Shown in pieces: positions 40,365 through 49,732 of a stretch of 64,000 nt of DNA. This DNA is from an uncultured Flavobacterium sp. (GTDB lineage: Bacteria > Bacteroidota > Bacteroidia > Flavobacteriales > Flavobacteriaceae): the NCBI GenBank assembly GCA_937773775.1, contig CALJVL010000019.1, forward strand, positions 40,862 through 104,861, in the 5' to 3' direction. The position numbers and the translations under genes are program-made. Position 1 is the first letter of the stretch. Every line of letters starts with the position of its first letter. The notes under the pieces were generated by a model, which had not been told where the DNA came from, made no database searches, and was given only the letters and a program-made list of their open reading frames with translations.

Positions 40365-41264
40365 TTATTTGGATGATTTAAACTTCTTAATATTCGAAGC
40401 TTTCTGTTTTATCCATTGAATTGAAATAGCAACAGTTTCTGTAATATCCCCGGAAGAAGTATTGTGTCCTAATTTAGAAAACAAAGTATATTCGCAAGGT
40501 TTACCTTGAGCTTTCAATGTATTTAATTGCTCCATACACAACTTTACTGGAATCTGTATATCTTTCTCGCCAAAAAGCCAAAGTCCCGGAATTGAAAGAG
40601 TATTCAGAGAATTTTTTGGGTCAGTCGCCACGAATTGATACCTGTCTGGGTCATTTTTAGTATGTTCACGAGCATCTGCTTCTGTATGATTTTCCCAAAA
40701 ATTATTGTTGCCGTTAGTATAAAACTGAAATCGAAGTTGTTCTAGAGTTGTAATTGTAGGGCAACTAAATAAAACCATAAATTCTATTTGTGGATTTTTG
40801 CTTGCAGCAATTGGGATTATCCATCCTGCTTGACTGAAGCCAACTAATCCAATTGGTATTTTTTTATCTTTCAAATAGGTTCGAAATGTGTTTACTGCTG
40901 AACTTGCATCGTGAGATAATAAATTAAGATTAGTAGTGTCAATATTATTAGTACCAACAGATGGCCCTACATATACACCGCCCGATTCCCCAACTCCTCG
41001 TTTATCATATGTCAATACAGCAATACCTTCTTTGGCAAGACGTATTGCGAAGTCCATTTCTCTTTTTACAGGATCAGACCCGTGAACAATTACAACTGCT
41101 GCAACTGTTTTTTTAGGCGTTAAAATTGAGCCTGCAAGAGTGACGCCCTGACTTTCAAACTTTACATCTTGAGTAACAAAGTCGGCCGATTGACAAAATA
41201 CCATATCTGGTAAAGTGATTAATAATAACCAAAGAAATAAGTTCGAAAAAAAGCTAATGTTCAT
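40365..41264 (-). CDS. Secreted alpha/beta hydrolase
   Basis: 299 aa with a signal peptide, a nucleophile elbow GFSQAG, and a C-terminal LGHN histidine region. Confidence 0.7.
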   Translation of the reverse strand: MNISFFSNLFLWLLLITLPDMVFCQSADFVTQDVKFESQGVTLAGSILTPKKTVAAVVIVHGSDPVKREMDFAIRLAKEGIAVLTYDKRGVGESGGVYVGPSVGTNNIDTTNLNLLSHDASSAVNTFRTYLKDKKIPIGLVGFSQAGWIIPIAASKNPQIEFMVLFSCPTITTLEQLRFQFYTNGNNNFWENHTEADAREHTKNDPDRYQFVATDPKNSLNTLSIPGLWLFGEKDIQIPVKLCMEQLNTLKAQGKPCEYTLFSKLGHNTSSGDITETVAISIQWIKQKASNIKKFKSSK

Positions 41265-41304
41265 TTTGGTTTAATATAAAAAAAGTTTTGAATGGTCTGC
41301 GTTA

Positions 41305-41716
41305 GCATTGTCTACAACGTCAGTCTGTGAAAAAACCAGCGTTTTATTACGAACAAATATAACAAAATACTCGTGTAAAAAGAAGATTATTCTTATTTTA
41401 AAGAATGCAACACATCACCGTAATTCCCACCAACAATTGCCTTTTTCAAGTTTAGAAAAAGCAATACTTCCAGACTATCAAGTTCATTTTATAGACCCTT
41501 TTGTAGAATATATAGATTTCTCTACACTTAATTTTGCTATAAAAGCTCTAAAGACAGAAGCTCGCCCGGGTTTTAACTACCCAGTATTTCTTACGATCAA
41601 TAAATAGAACTATCATAACAGAGAATACTATTTCTTATCATTGAGATTATTTGATTAATTGATTTTGTCTTGAGGGCACAAGCGAAACGCTTGCGCCAGC
41701 AGGGGCTATGCACTAC
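41305..41716 (-). repeat. attC-like element disrupted by a truncated IS copy
   Basis: GCATTGTCTACAAC at 41305 pairs 12/14 with GTTGTAGGCAGTGC at 40350. The IS left end begins at 41321. The residual element tail (...GCGAAACGCTTGCGCCAGCAGGGGCTATGCACTAC) ends at 41716. Confidence 0.45.
41321..41607 (+). pseudogene. Truncated, frameshifted 5' fragment of an IS1182/IS5-like element (left IR plus about the first 70 transposase codons)
   Basis: CAGTCTGTGAAAAAACC is identical to the IRL of the intact copy at 48013. ORF 41308-41607 contains ...LPFSSLEKAILPDYQVHFIDPFVEYIDFSTLNF..EARPGF, compared with transposase LFFSSLEDTILPENPVRFIDAFVEALSLQTLGF..EGRPSF. Confidence 0.75.
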
Positions 41717-43874
41717 AAATACGGTAATATGAATTTAGTTTTTTGTTATAGTCAAAATTATACATTTTTATATATCTAATAAATGAAGTTTTGGGAAGTG
41801 AACTTTCTTCAAATTTACCTGCTAACTCTTCGGAATTAGTAATCCATGCATTTACATAGACTGCCATAGGAAGGTTTGGAATAGGTGTTGGCATCCATGT
41901 TTTTCTGACATGGATAATTTCATTGTCAACATACCATCTAATCTCATGATATTCCCACTCTATCCTATAATCGTGAAAATCTTCAGAGGCATCAAAACCT
42001 AAGTCTATTAATACTGGAGTACCTCTTAATCCAAAATTATATTTCGTATTTATGATACCAGGATTATAATAAACATTTAATAATATTTTAGTTGTATCAT
42101 GTCCTAAAAATTCAATGTCAATTTCTTGCCAAGGGTCATTTCTATGCAAGAAAAAAGCAGAAACAATACCTTCTCCTTTTATAGGCTTCATTGAAATTTC
42201 AAAACTGCCATAGATATATTTTTCTATAGAAACTATTGATGAAGATGAATATTTTTTGTCTCCTTGAACACTATTAGTTATTTCTAATTGAAATCCAGAA
42301 TCTAATTCATTAGATAGACTGAAATTTTCTTTTGAAAATTGAGATTGATTTGAAGGAAAAGTGTCTTCTAAAATGCCCCAAAAATTAACATCAAATTCTT
42401 CAAAGTAATCTATTCTATTTTCAACGTGTTTAGCAATTGGTATTATTTCATTTTTATTAAAATCATATGGTAAGTATTTTTTAATGTTTTCAATAGGTAG
42501 TACCCAAGGGTTAACATCATGTTCCAAATATTTGGAATCATTAGGAATACTTATTTGTATTACTTTTTCATTTATTTCGGTATTTATTTTTAGTATATTG
42601 TCACTATCAAGATCCCAATTTTTGATTTTAAGTAACTTTGAAATCTCCTTTGTAATATTTCTTTTAGGATTAACGCAAAATATATTTTTATCGATATATA
42701 AAGAGCAGGCTTGAGGAACTGAATCAGTATCCTTTGAAAGAATAATGATTATAACATTTGGATAAAAACTTATTAATGGTGGTATCATTTCAATTAATGA
42801 ATTAAACCCAATATATGCATCAAATAGTAATGGTTCTTTTTTATCAATCAAGTTCATTATGTGAACTAATTCTCTATCAGCTTTCATGAAATGAGTTCGA
42901 TAACTATTTAAACTTAATAGTATTTCAAGTTTCAAAAGATTTGATTTATTAGAACTTAAATCAAACATAAAAACAGGGTTACGACCTTTCAATTTATCTA
43001 AATCAATAAATGTTTTGTTAGATTTAACACCTATTTGCGATAAAATTGGAAGTATAGAATAATTATTATCTGAGGTTATAAAAAGTTTTTGACTAATTAT
43101 TGAGTCATTACATGTATAAACATCGAGCTCGTTAAATTTATGATTAATCCATAGGTCAACAGGGCCAGTTATTGGAAGTTTTTCTTGGAGTTTTCTTGCT
43201 CCTTTATTTGATAAGATATATCCTGAGAACCACCATATACCTCTATTAGGTATGGAAAGATTATTTGAAATTTTTGTTATGTCTGGGGTGTGTTCAACTT
43301 TTTTATACGAAAGATAAATAATGTCAAATTCAATTTTAGACTCAACAATTTCTTTCCATAATGAGTTTAATTTATTTGAGAATTTATTTTCAAAATAAAT
43401 ATCATCCTCCAAAATAAGTCCGCTATGTATATTTTCATCTATAATTTTATCCCAAATAGAAAGGTGGGATAATGCGACAGCGATTTCTTGTTTTGTAAGT
43501 TCAATAATTATTTCTTTTTCTCGAATAATATTTAATAATTCTGGATTTGGATCTACAAAATATTGGTCTTCTAATGTATAAGAAGAGTTGATTTTATTTG
43601 TCTTTATTGAATGATTTTTCGCATCAATAGCTGAGAATCTTTCTGTAAAACTTAGAAGGGTGTTTTTATTCGGAATCTTAATTTTCGTCAGTTCTTCTTG
43701 AATTAATCTCCATCTTTCTTTTTGCCTGTCAAGATTGATAATAAAAACCTTATTAATTTGATTTTCACCCTCACCAAATGTGTTTAATTTTTCTTGTTTT
43801 ATTAAAAATCTTAATATTTTTTTTAACCTATATTTTAGAAATAGAAAGTTACGATTGCCAGTTATTATATTCAT
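41706..43874 (-). CDS. Multidomain protein: GT25-like glycosyltransferase (N-terminus), unassigned middle region, GH16/concanavalin-like domain (C-terminus)
   Basis: 722 aa with no signal peptide. The N-terminus has VFIINLDRQKERW...LSHLSIWDKII...LILEDDIYF (GT25 style). The C-terminus has WQEIDIEFLG (GH16 ExDxE catalytic motif) and YRIEWEYHEIRWYVD. Confidence 0.6.
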   Translation of the reverse strand: MNIITGNRNFLFLKYRLKKILRFLIKQEKLNTFGEGENQINKVFIINLDRQKERWRLIQEELTKIKIPNKNTLLSFTERFSAIDAKNHSIKTNKINSSYTLEDQYFVDPNPELLNIIREKEIIIELTKQEIAVALSHLSIWDKIIDENIHSGLILEDDIYFENKFSNKLNSLWKEIVESKIEFDIIYLSYKKVEHTPDITKISNNLSIPNRGIWWFSGYILSNKGARKLQEKLPITGPVDLWINHKFNELDVYTCNDSIISQKLFITSDNNYSILPILSQIGVKSNKTFIDLDKLKGRNPVFMFDLSSNKSNLLKLEILLSLNSYRTHFMKADRELVHIMNLIDKKEPLLFDAYIGFNSLIEMIPPLISFYPNVIIIILSKDTDSVPQACSLYIDKNIFCVNPKRNITKEISKLLKIKNWDLDSDNILKINTEINEKVIQISIPNDSKYLEHDVNPWVLPIENIKKYLPYDFNKNEIIPIAKHVENRIDYFEEFDVNFWGILEDTFPSNQSQFSKENFSLSNELDSGFQLEITNSVQGDKKYSSSSIVSIEKYIYGSFEISMKPIKGEGIVSAFFLHRNDPWQEIDIEFLGHDTTKILLNVYYNPGIINTKYNFGLRGTPVLIDLGFDASEDFHDYRIEWEYHEIRWYVDNEIIHVRKTWMPTPIPNLPMAVYVNAWITNSEELAGKFEESSLPKTSFIRYIKMYNFDYNKKLNSYYRICSA

Positions 43875-43879
43875 ATTAA

Positions 43880-44695
43880 TTATTCCTTAAACCATTTGTT
43901 TTCATTTCCATTGTAGAGTCGCCAATTTCGATTGTCATACCGATAACTTAATGCCCAGACGCTTGTTGATATTGAATTCCAGTCGTCAATATACTCTACA
44001 TCATTCCCACCATTTATCAAATAATTAACCAAGGACGCACTAAGGTTTCCTGGCCCTGTAGTTGCTTGAATATCAAATATGTTTTCATTACTTACTAACT
44101 TATCAGTTGCTCTTTTAAGAGCAATAGCAATCAAGTGATGATTAGGAGGTGATATGATTGGATTATTATTGAAGTAATAGATATTTGTTTCGTCATATGG
44201 GCAATGTAAGAAATCTTTATTATCAACCATTTTTTCTTCTTTTAAGGAATAGCAGAGAGGTTGAATTTTAATGTTATTATTCTCAAATAGGAAATCAATT
44301 TCAGTATTTAAAATCAATTCATCTGAATCAGCATAAAATCCACCAGATACATATAAGTAACATAGTCTAAAATAATCACATCTCATTGCTGGGTGATGAC
44401 ATTTTAAATAGGAGTCTATATGTTCTTTTTTTAGATGTTTTTTTATAAAACATTTAGCAGATTCGTCATCAAAAAAATCAAACCTAAATCCTTTTTTTAT
44501 TAGGACTTTCCAACTTTCGATACATTCTAAAACATCCTTTGGTATCTCTTTTGACGAGTGCCAATATTGCATTATTACCTTAGGAATAGGAACCTTATTA
44601 GCTGTTATGATATTTTCTTTTTGTAGAAAATCATAAATGAATTTTGAACGAGCATCATCATCTTCAACTATTGACTGGGTATTTTTTTTATTCAT
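43880..44695 (-). CDS. GT32-like (DXD) glycosyltransferase
   Basis: 271 aa with no signal peptide. IPKVIMQYWHS...RCDYFRLCYLYVSGGFYADSDE is typical of the Gly_transf_sug/OCH1-type family. Confidence 0.6.
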   Translation of the reverse strand: MNKKNTQSIVEDDDARSKFIYDFLQKENIITANKVPIPKVIMQYWHSSKEIPKDVLECIESWKVLIKKGFRFDFFDDESAKCFIKKHLKKEHIDSYLKCHHPAMRCDYFRLCYLYVSGGFYADSDELILNTEIDFLFENNNIKIQPLCYSLKEEKMVDNKDFLHCPYDETNIYYFNNNPIISPPNHHLIAIALKRATDKLVSNENIFDIQATTGPGNLSASLVNYLINGGNDVEYIDDWNSISTSVWALSYRYDNRNWRLYNGNENKWFKE

Positions 44696-44789
44696 TTACA
44701 CTTATTGGTTATTACACATAATTGCATTATTTAAATAAAATCTAACTGCTAATATTTTAATTATTTTCAACTACGTCATTTAGGCACAA

Positions 44790-44923
44790 GTAGCATATAA
44801 CGATTTGCTGCTTTGAGATAGTGTGTGGTTCGTAACCTTTCAATTTTCGGCTTTGCAGAAAATTGATGCGAAACGATAATTCCACTAAATTCCAGCTAGC
44901 TCAAAGCTGTTATGCCTTCGTGC
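44790..44923 (-). repeat. attC-like inter-cassette element (113 bp from AAC to GTT), uninterrupted
   Basis: AAC at 44799-44801 and GTT at 44909-44911. The arms GCTTTGAGATAG (44810) and CTAGCTCAAAGC (44896) pair 11/12. The central hairpin TCAATTTTC (44840) / GAAAATTGA (44858) pairs 9/9. Confidence 0.6.
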
Positions 44924-44931
44924 TTTTTTTT

Positions 44932-46737
44932 CTATTTATACCATTCTTTTTTTAACTCTTCAAAATTCATTTCTTTCCATTCATTTTTCCATAATTCCCA
45001 ATATGGTATATCGTTTGATGAAGGCTGTGGACTACATCTGTCTATTGTGACGATTGAAGGCAAAATTATAGATTCGCCCACTAATAATGCGTCACCTTGT
45101 TTTAACGATGTCATTTTCTCAATTAATGAACCCAAAGAATCAGGTAATAATTTTTTAACATAACTTTGATCCACAGGATTTGTTAATCTCATCGCTATAA
45201 AATTGTTACATTGTGAAAAAATTGTTTCTGAGATCTCAGATGGTCTTTGGCTCGCAAGCATTAAAGTTACTCCGTATTTTCTTCCTTCTTTAGCAATCCG
45301 TTCGATAGACTTTTTAGATGAACGATACTTCACAAGTTCACTATTTGGAACGTATTTGTGAGCTTCTTCATAGACGAGTAGAATAGGGACATCATTATTG
45401 ATTTTTTCTAATGGATTTGTAGTACATCTCAGTCGTTTATAGAAATAGCCATGTTCAAAAATTAGTCTTGAAATTAAAGAAACGGTAATACTTAAAACTT
45501 CAAAAGGAACACCACTTAAATCAATAACAGTTATGTTTGATTTACTATCTGTTTTATAGCCTAAAAGATTTTTTAAAGTTTCCTCAAATGAAATTCCTTT
45601 AGCATCAGGACCAAATAAAAATGATAGTCGGTCTTGATTGATTTTCTCTTGAAACCTAACAAAAAACTTATCTAGTGTTCCTTCAGCATAATCTCCTTTA
45701 GTTATATTTTGATTTTTTGTTGGATGAAACTGAAATTCTTTTTCAAAATATTTAGATAGTTTTTCCTCTTCACTTAATAACACACCTGTATCAACAGTTG
45801 TACTGCTATCAGTGCAAGTATATGAGCCATCAATCAGCATATATCTGTTTGATGATTTTGAATTTTTTGTTTCATTTTTTAAGTTATACAATGCATTTTG
45901 AATTTCTGTAACATCAAAAAATAAAGGTGTGTCATAAAATACTTTAACATGTCCGGGGTTATGTTTCTTTTTATTTTCTGTAACCAATTTTCTAAAAACA
46001 GAAGATTGATTGTAATTATCTCTTTCACCTGTGTCCAAAAGAATTTCTTCAAGTTCTTCACTATTTAATAACCAATATGGTAACGCCAGATTCGTAATAT
46101 CTATGAAATTAGCATTTGGGAATGCAGATTTGTATTCTGAATGAATGTCAAAAATAATTACGTGTGAATTATTCAATGAAAAACTACCATCTTTTTCCGA
46201 TACAGCTTTTTGAATAATTGACGATAGTGTATGAGATTTACCAGAACCAGTTGAACCCACAATCGCAATATGTTTGTTGAAAAACTTATTTCCATTAACG
46301 GGTACTTTTACTGTAGGATTAGATGAAAGAGAAGAGAAGGTAAAACTCTCTTTTTCCTCTATTGATTCTTCATATATTTTTTTTATTTCATCAATTGTTG
46401 CAGGAAAAACACTTTTCGGCGGAATTGCAAGAGAATCACCTCCTCTTTCAAATTTACCATTCCTTAAAACTCCGAGAGGAAATGCTTCTATAATATGTTC
46501 TCTTACGTGTTTTATATCTCCATTTTCATCTTTTACGTCTCGAATTGAAATTTGAAAATTTTCAATAATTGCAATTAAACTTGCATTTTCGCTATCTTCA
46601 ATTTTTAAATATGAACCTACTTTCAATGTTTCATCAACATTTTTAAATATTTCCAAATCCTTTACTGTTATTTTAACCTTATCAGGAAACACTGCTATTA
46701 CTTGAGCATTTGGCTCTGTTGAATTTTCTGTACTCAT
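44932..46737 (-). CDS. HerA-like (DUF87/FtsK-HerA superfamily) ATPase of a DUF4297-HerA defence pair
   Basis: 601 aa with Walker A VGSTGSGKSHT and Walker B-like PILLVYEEAHKY. Its start overlaps the upstream gene's stop by 4 nt. Confidence 0.8.
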   Translation of the reverse strand: MSTENSTEPNAQVIAVFPDKVKITVKDLEIFKNVDETLKVGSYLKIEDSENASLIAIIENFQISIRDVKDENGDIKHVREHIIEAFPLGVLRNGKFERGGDSLAIPPKSVFPATIDEIKKIYEESIEEKESFTFSSLSSNPTVKVPVNGNKFFNKHIAIVGSTGSGKSHTLSSIIQKAVSEKDGSFSLNNSHVIIFDIHSEYKSAFPNANFIDITNLALPYWLLNSEELEEILLDTGERDNYNQSSVFRKLVTENKKKHNPGHVKVFYDTPLFFDVTEIQNALYNLKNETKNSKSSNRYMLIDGSYTCTDSSTTVDTGVLLSEEEKLSKYFEKEFQFHPTKNQNITKGDYAEGTLDKFFVRFQEKINQDRLSFLFGPDAKGISFEETLKNLLGYKTDSKSNITVIDLSGVPFEVLSITVSLISRLIFEHGYFYKRLRCTTNPLEKINNDVPILLVYEEAHKYVPNSELVKYRSSKKSIERIAKEGRKYGVTLMLASQRPSEISETIFSQCNNFIAMRLTNPVDQSYVKKLLPDSLGSLIEKMTSLKQGDALLVGESIILPSIVTIDRCSPQPSSNDIPYWELWKNEWKEMNFEELKKEWYK

Positions 46738-47966
46738 ACTATATTTTTAATAATATTTAGGTTTTCTACTTGAATTTTAACCTCTTTAACTGAACTTGAA
46801 CTATAATCAAAAAATATATTGTTCAAATAAAATTGATAAATTTCAGAACGTCTTCCAGTTATAGCTAGTGTTTCATCTAAGAAATCTATCTTATTTAGGA
46901 ATTTAAGTTTGATTGGATTAGAAAGGGCTGGTTTTTTTATTATCGATTTTGAATTAAAATTGGCTCCTTCAAAATCAAAACCATCAGAAATTATGATTTC
47001 ATCGTCTGTTAAGTCTTTTTTTAATTCTATTAATTCTAAATTATCAATTCCATGGATGTATATATAAGGGCAAAATGGAGTAGGTTGATTTATAATTTTT
47101 GCATAATTTTTAATTACTAAATTTAAGAGAGTTTTTAGATCACTTCTTGAATAGGATCTTGGATCTATTTCAAATAAGAAAAATCGTTCTTTAAATAATA
47201 TGTTCACGTTGCTAAAATATTCCTTTCTTAAATTAGAATAATGTGCTTTTTCTCCCTTTATTACCACATACCATTCATTAAATAATATTTTTGAATTATT
47301 TACACGTTTAAGAAACTCTCCTTTAGTAATGTTTCTATTTGATTGATTTGAGTCTTTTGAAATATCTCTTATAACTCTTAAAGCGCTGTTGTAAAAATAA
47401 AATTCAGATGTAAAGTCAGTACAGGTAAAGACCGTCTTAAATAGACTGATAATTTCTTTAAATTGTTTTTCAAATTCAAAAGCATGGATATCAATCTCAA
47501 GTAATCCGATGAATTCATTTAATTCGGCATCATTAAGTGTAAGCTCGTTATGATGAAGATGTTTTACTTTAGTTGGTACACTATTAATTTTTTCAGTTCG
47601 AGTATAAGTTAAAAAGTGGTCTTTAAGATTTTGTATATTTAAAGGTAATGACAATTTGGAATGACCTGATTTGTAGTAGCCTCTTAATTTGTATTTAATA
47701 GAAACTTGATTTCCTAATTTTACTTCTTTAAAATGATTTAGCATTAATCTGATTGGTTCAGCTATTACTGAGTGGTTGTATTCAGTTTTTTCATAGTACT
47801 TACATTGAATTGCTGTTGTTTCTGTAGCAGTCTTAATATCAATATCTTCTATCCCTTCAACTAAAATAGATTCGCTGTCATTTGATAGATTTAATAAAGA
47901 AAAAATTGAATAATCAAATTGATAAAAGTATCCTCGAATTGTGTCAATTGCTGTTCTGTCTGCCAT
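46734..47966 (-). CDS. DUF4297-like (Cap4-type PD-(D/E)xK nuclease N-domain) partner of HerA
   Basis: 410 aa. The N-terminal TIRGYFYQFDYSIFSLL...ILVEGIEDIDIK...TAIQCKYY fits the DUF4297 pattern (GY.YQ ... E..ED.D ... Q.K). Confidence 0.65.
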   Translation of the reverse strand: MADRTAIDTIRGYFYQFDYSIFSLLNLSNDSESILVEGIEDIDIKTATETTAIQCKYYEKTEYNHSVIAEPIRLMLNHFKEVKLGNQVSIKYKLRGYYKSGHSKLSLPLNIQNLKDHFLTYTRTEKINSVPTKVKHLHHNELTLNDAELNEFIGLLEIDIHAFEFEKQFKEIISLFKTVFTCTDFTSEFYFYNSALRVIRDISKDSNQSNRNITKGEFLKRVNNSKILFNEWYVVIKGEKAHYSNLRKEYFSNVNILFKERFFLFEIDPRSYSRSDLKTLLNLVIKNYAKIINQPTPFCPYIYIHGIDNLELIELKKDLTDDEIIISDGFDFEGANFNSKSIIKKPALSNPIKLKFLNKIDFLDETLAITGRRSEIYQFYLNNIFFDYSSSSVKEVKIQVENLNIIKNIV

Positions 47967-47996
47967 TTTATTTTATCGTGTTTGTTGTCATTCGTA

Positions 47997-48012
47997 GCAT
48001 GAGGCATAACGT
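47997..48012 (-). repeat. Left stub of an attC-like element split by the IS
   Basis: In GCATGAGGCATAACGT, AGGCATAAC (48002) is the exact reverse complement of GTTATGCCT (44909). Confidence 0.55.
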
Positions 48013-49732
48013 CAGTCTGTGAAAAAACCGTCGTTATGTTCTTTCAAATATAATGTATATTTCGAATATTAAAGCAAGAAAAGTTGTATATTTAATGATG
48101 CAACACATCACAGGAACTCCTCGCAATCAGCTATTTTTTTCTAGTTTAGAAGACACTATTTTACCGGAAAACCCCGTTCGTTTTATCGATGCTTTTGTCG
48201 AAGCATTGTCATTACAAACTTTAGGTTTTTCTGTTCAAACCATTAAAGGGGAAGGTCGCCCTAGCTTTGATACTAAAATCTTTCTTAAAATCTATTTGTA
48301 TGGTTATCTAAATGGGCTGCGTAGCTCAAGAAAGCTAGAAAAGGAGTGCGCTCGCAATAACGAATTGCAATGGCTTTTATGTGCAATCATACCCAACTAC
48401 CATAGTATATCCGACTTTAGAAAACAAAATCCATTGGGATTAAAAAAACTCTTTAAACTCTTTGTTTCTTTCCTTAAAGATGCTGACCTAATTGGCTGTG
48501 AAATCATCGCTATTGACGGCACAAAAAGCAGAGCGCACAACAGTAAGAAAGCAAACTTCAACCAAAAGAAAATAGAGAGACACTTAGCGTATATTGAAGA
48601 GCGAACCCAAGAATATCTTGCCGAATTGGCTAAGAATGATCTACAGGATAATAGCATTGCAATCACAAAGATTGCAGAAAAAATAGAACGATTAAAAAAG
48701 AATAAAATACGCTACGAACTTCTAGAAGACAAACTAAAAGAGAGTGGACAACCCCAAATAAGTACCACCGATCAAGATGCGAGAGCCCTTTTAGTTCAAG
48801 GAGTAGTAGTTGAGATAAGCTATAATATCCAAGCAGCAGTGGATAATAAGCATAATTTAGTTGTGGCTACTCACACCATAAATCGGAACGATCTTAACGC
48901 CTTAGGAGCTATCGCTTTGGAAGCAAAGGAAAATTTGGGACTAGATACTTTTACTGTTTTGGTGGATAAAGGCTACCATAATGGAAGGGAAATCGCCCAA
49001 TGCATAAACCATAACATCAGCACCATTGTAGCGCATCCTACGCCAGGAACAAGCAAAGAAAGCGTTACGCAACCCGATTACTTGGTAGCCAAATTTAAAT
49101 ACGATGCAGAAAACGACAGCTATACGTGTCCCCAAGGAGAAACTTTAAAAACTACAGGAAGGTGGCATAAAAAAAGTGGGCGAACAGAGCAAAGTAGTTA
49201 TCAATTTAAAAAATACCGAACCCCAGCCTGCCGGGAATGTCTTGTAAAACATCTTTGTACTGCTAGACCAGCAGGGCGGGAAATCGATCGGAGCCAGTAC
49301 GCGCAAGCTGTTGAAGAAAACAACAAACGCTATCAGGAAAACCCACAATTATACCGAACACGACAAGAGATAAACGAACATATATTCGGTACTATAAAAA
49401 GACAATGGGGTTATAATCACACTAATTTAACGGGACTAGAAAAAGTAAACGGAGAACACAGCTTAATTATGCTGGTTTATAACATCAAACGCAGTATCAA
49501 TATACTGGGCGTTCCTGATCTGATTGCCAAACTCAAAAAATGGAACACACCTTACAGAGTACAAGTCTTGCTTTTGCTAAAAACGGAGTATTTAAAGCGA
49601 ACTAACGCCCTTGATTATTATCTAATGAAATTAGTAGCCTAAAAAAAGAGCCTTCTTAAAAGGCTTTATTTGACTTGTAGAACAGGAAAATTGAAGCTTT
49701 TTAATGGAAAAAGGAGGTTTTTTCACAGCCTG
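48013..49732 (+). mobile_element. Intact IS1182/IS5-like insertion sequence (1720 bp) with 17-bp terminal inverted repeats and a 4-bp ACGT duplication
   Basis: IRL CAGTCTGTGAAAAAACC (48013-48029) and IRR GGTTTTTTCACAGCCTG (49716-49732) match 16/17. ACGT flanks both ends (48009-48012 and 49733-49736). Confidence 0.8.
48095..49642 (+). CDS. IS1182/IS5-like DDE transposase
   Basis: The start at MMQHITGTPRNQLFF is preferred. It has a DUF772-like N-terminus (LEDTILPENPVRFIDAFVE), a Cys cluster (YTCPQGE...ACRECLVKHLC) and a C-terminal FGTIKRQWGYNHTNLTGLEKVNGEHSLIMLVYNIKR. Confidence 0.8.
   Translation: MMQHITGTPRNQLFFSSLEDTILPENPVRFIDAFVEALSLQTLGFSVQTIKGEGRPSFDTKIFLKIYLYGYLNGLRSSRKLEKECARNNELQWLLCAIIPNYHSISDFRKQNPLGLKKLFKLFVSFLKDADLIGCEIIAIDGTKSRAHNSKKANFNQKKIERHLAYIEERTQEYLAELAKNDLQDNSIAITKIAEKIERLKKNKIRYELLEDKLKESGQPQISTTDQDARALLVQGVVVEISYNIQAAVDNKHNLVVATHTINRNDLNALGAIALEAKENLGLDTFTVLVDKGYHNGREIAQCINHNISTIVAHPTPGTSKESVTQPDYLVAKFKYDAENDSYTCPQGETLKTTGRWHKKSGRTEQSSYQFKKYRTPACRECLVKHLCTARPAGREIDRSQYAQAVEENNKRYQENPQLYRTRQEINEHIFGTIKRQWGYNHTNLTGLEKVNGEHSLIMLVYNIKRSINILGVPDLIAKLKKWNTPYRVQVLLLLKTEYLKRTNALDYYLMKLVA

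Noticed and set aside
41308-41607. 99-aa ORF taken as a genuine gene.
   Set aside because: It is a read-through of the IS left end plus a degenerate, frame-shifted copy of the first ~70 transposase codons. The native ATG frame (MQHITVIPTNNCLFQV*) terminates early.
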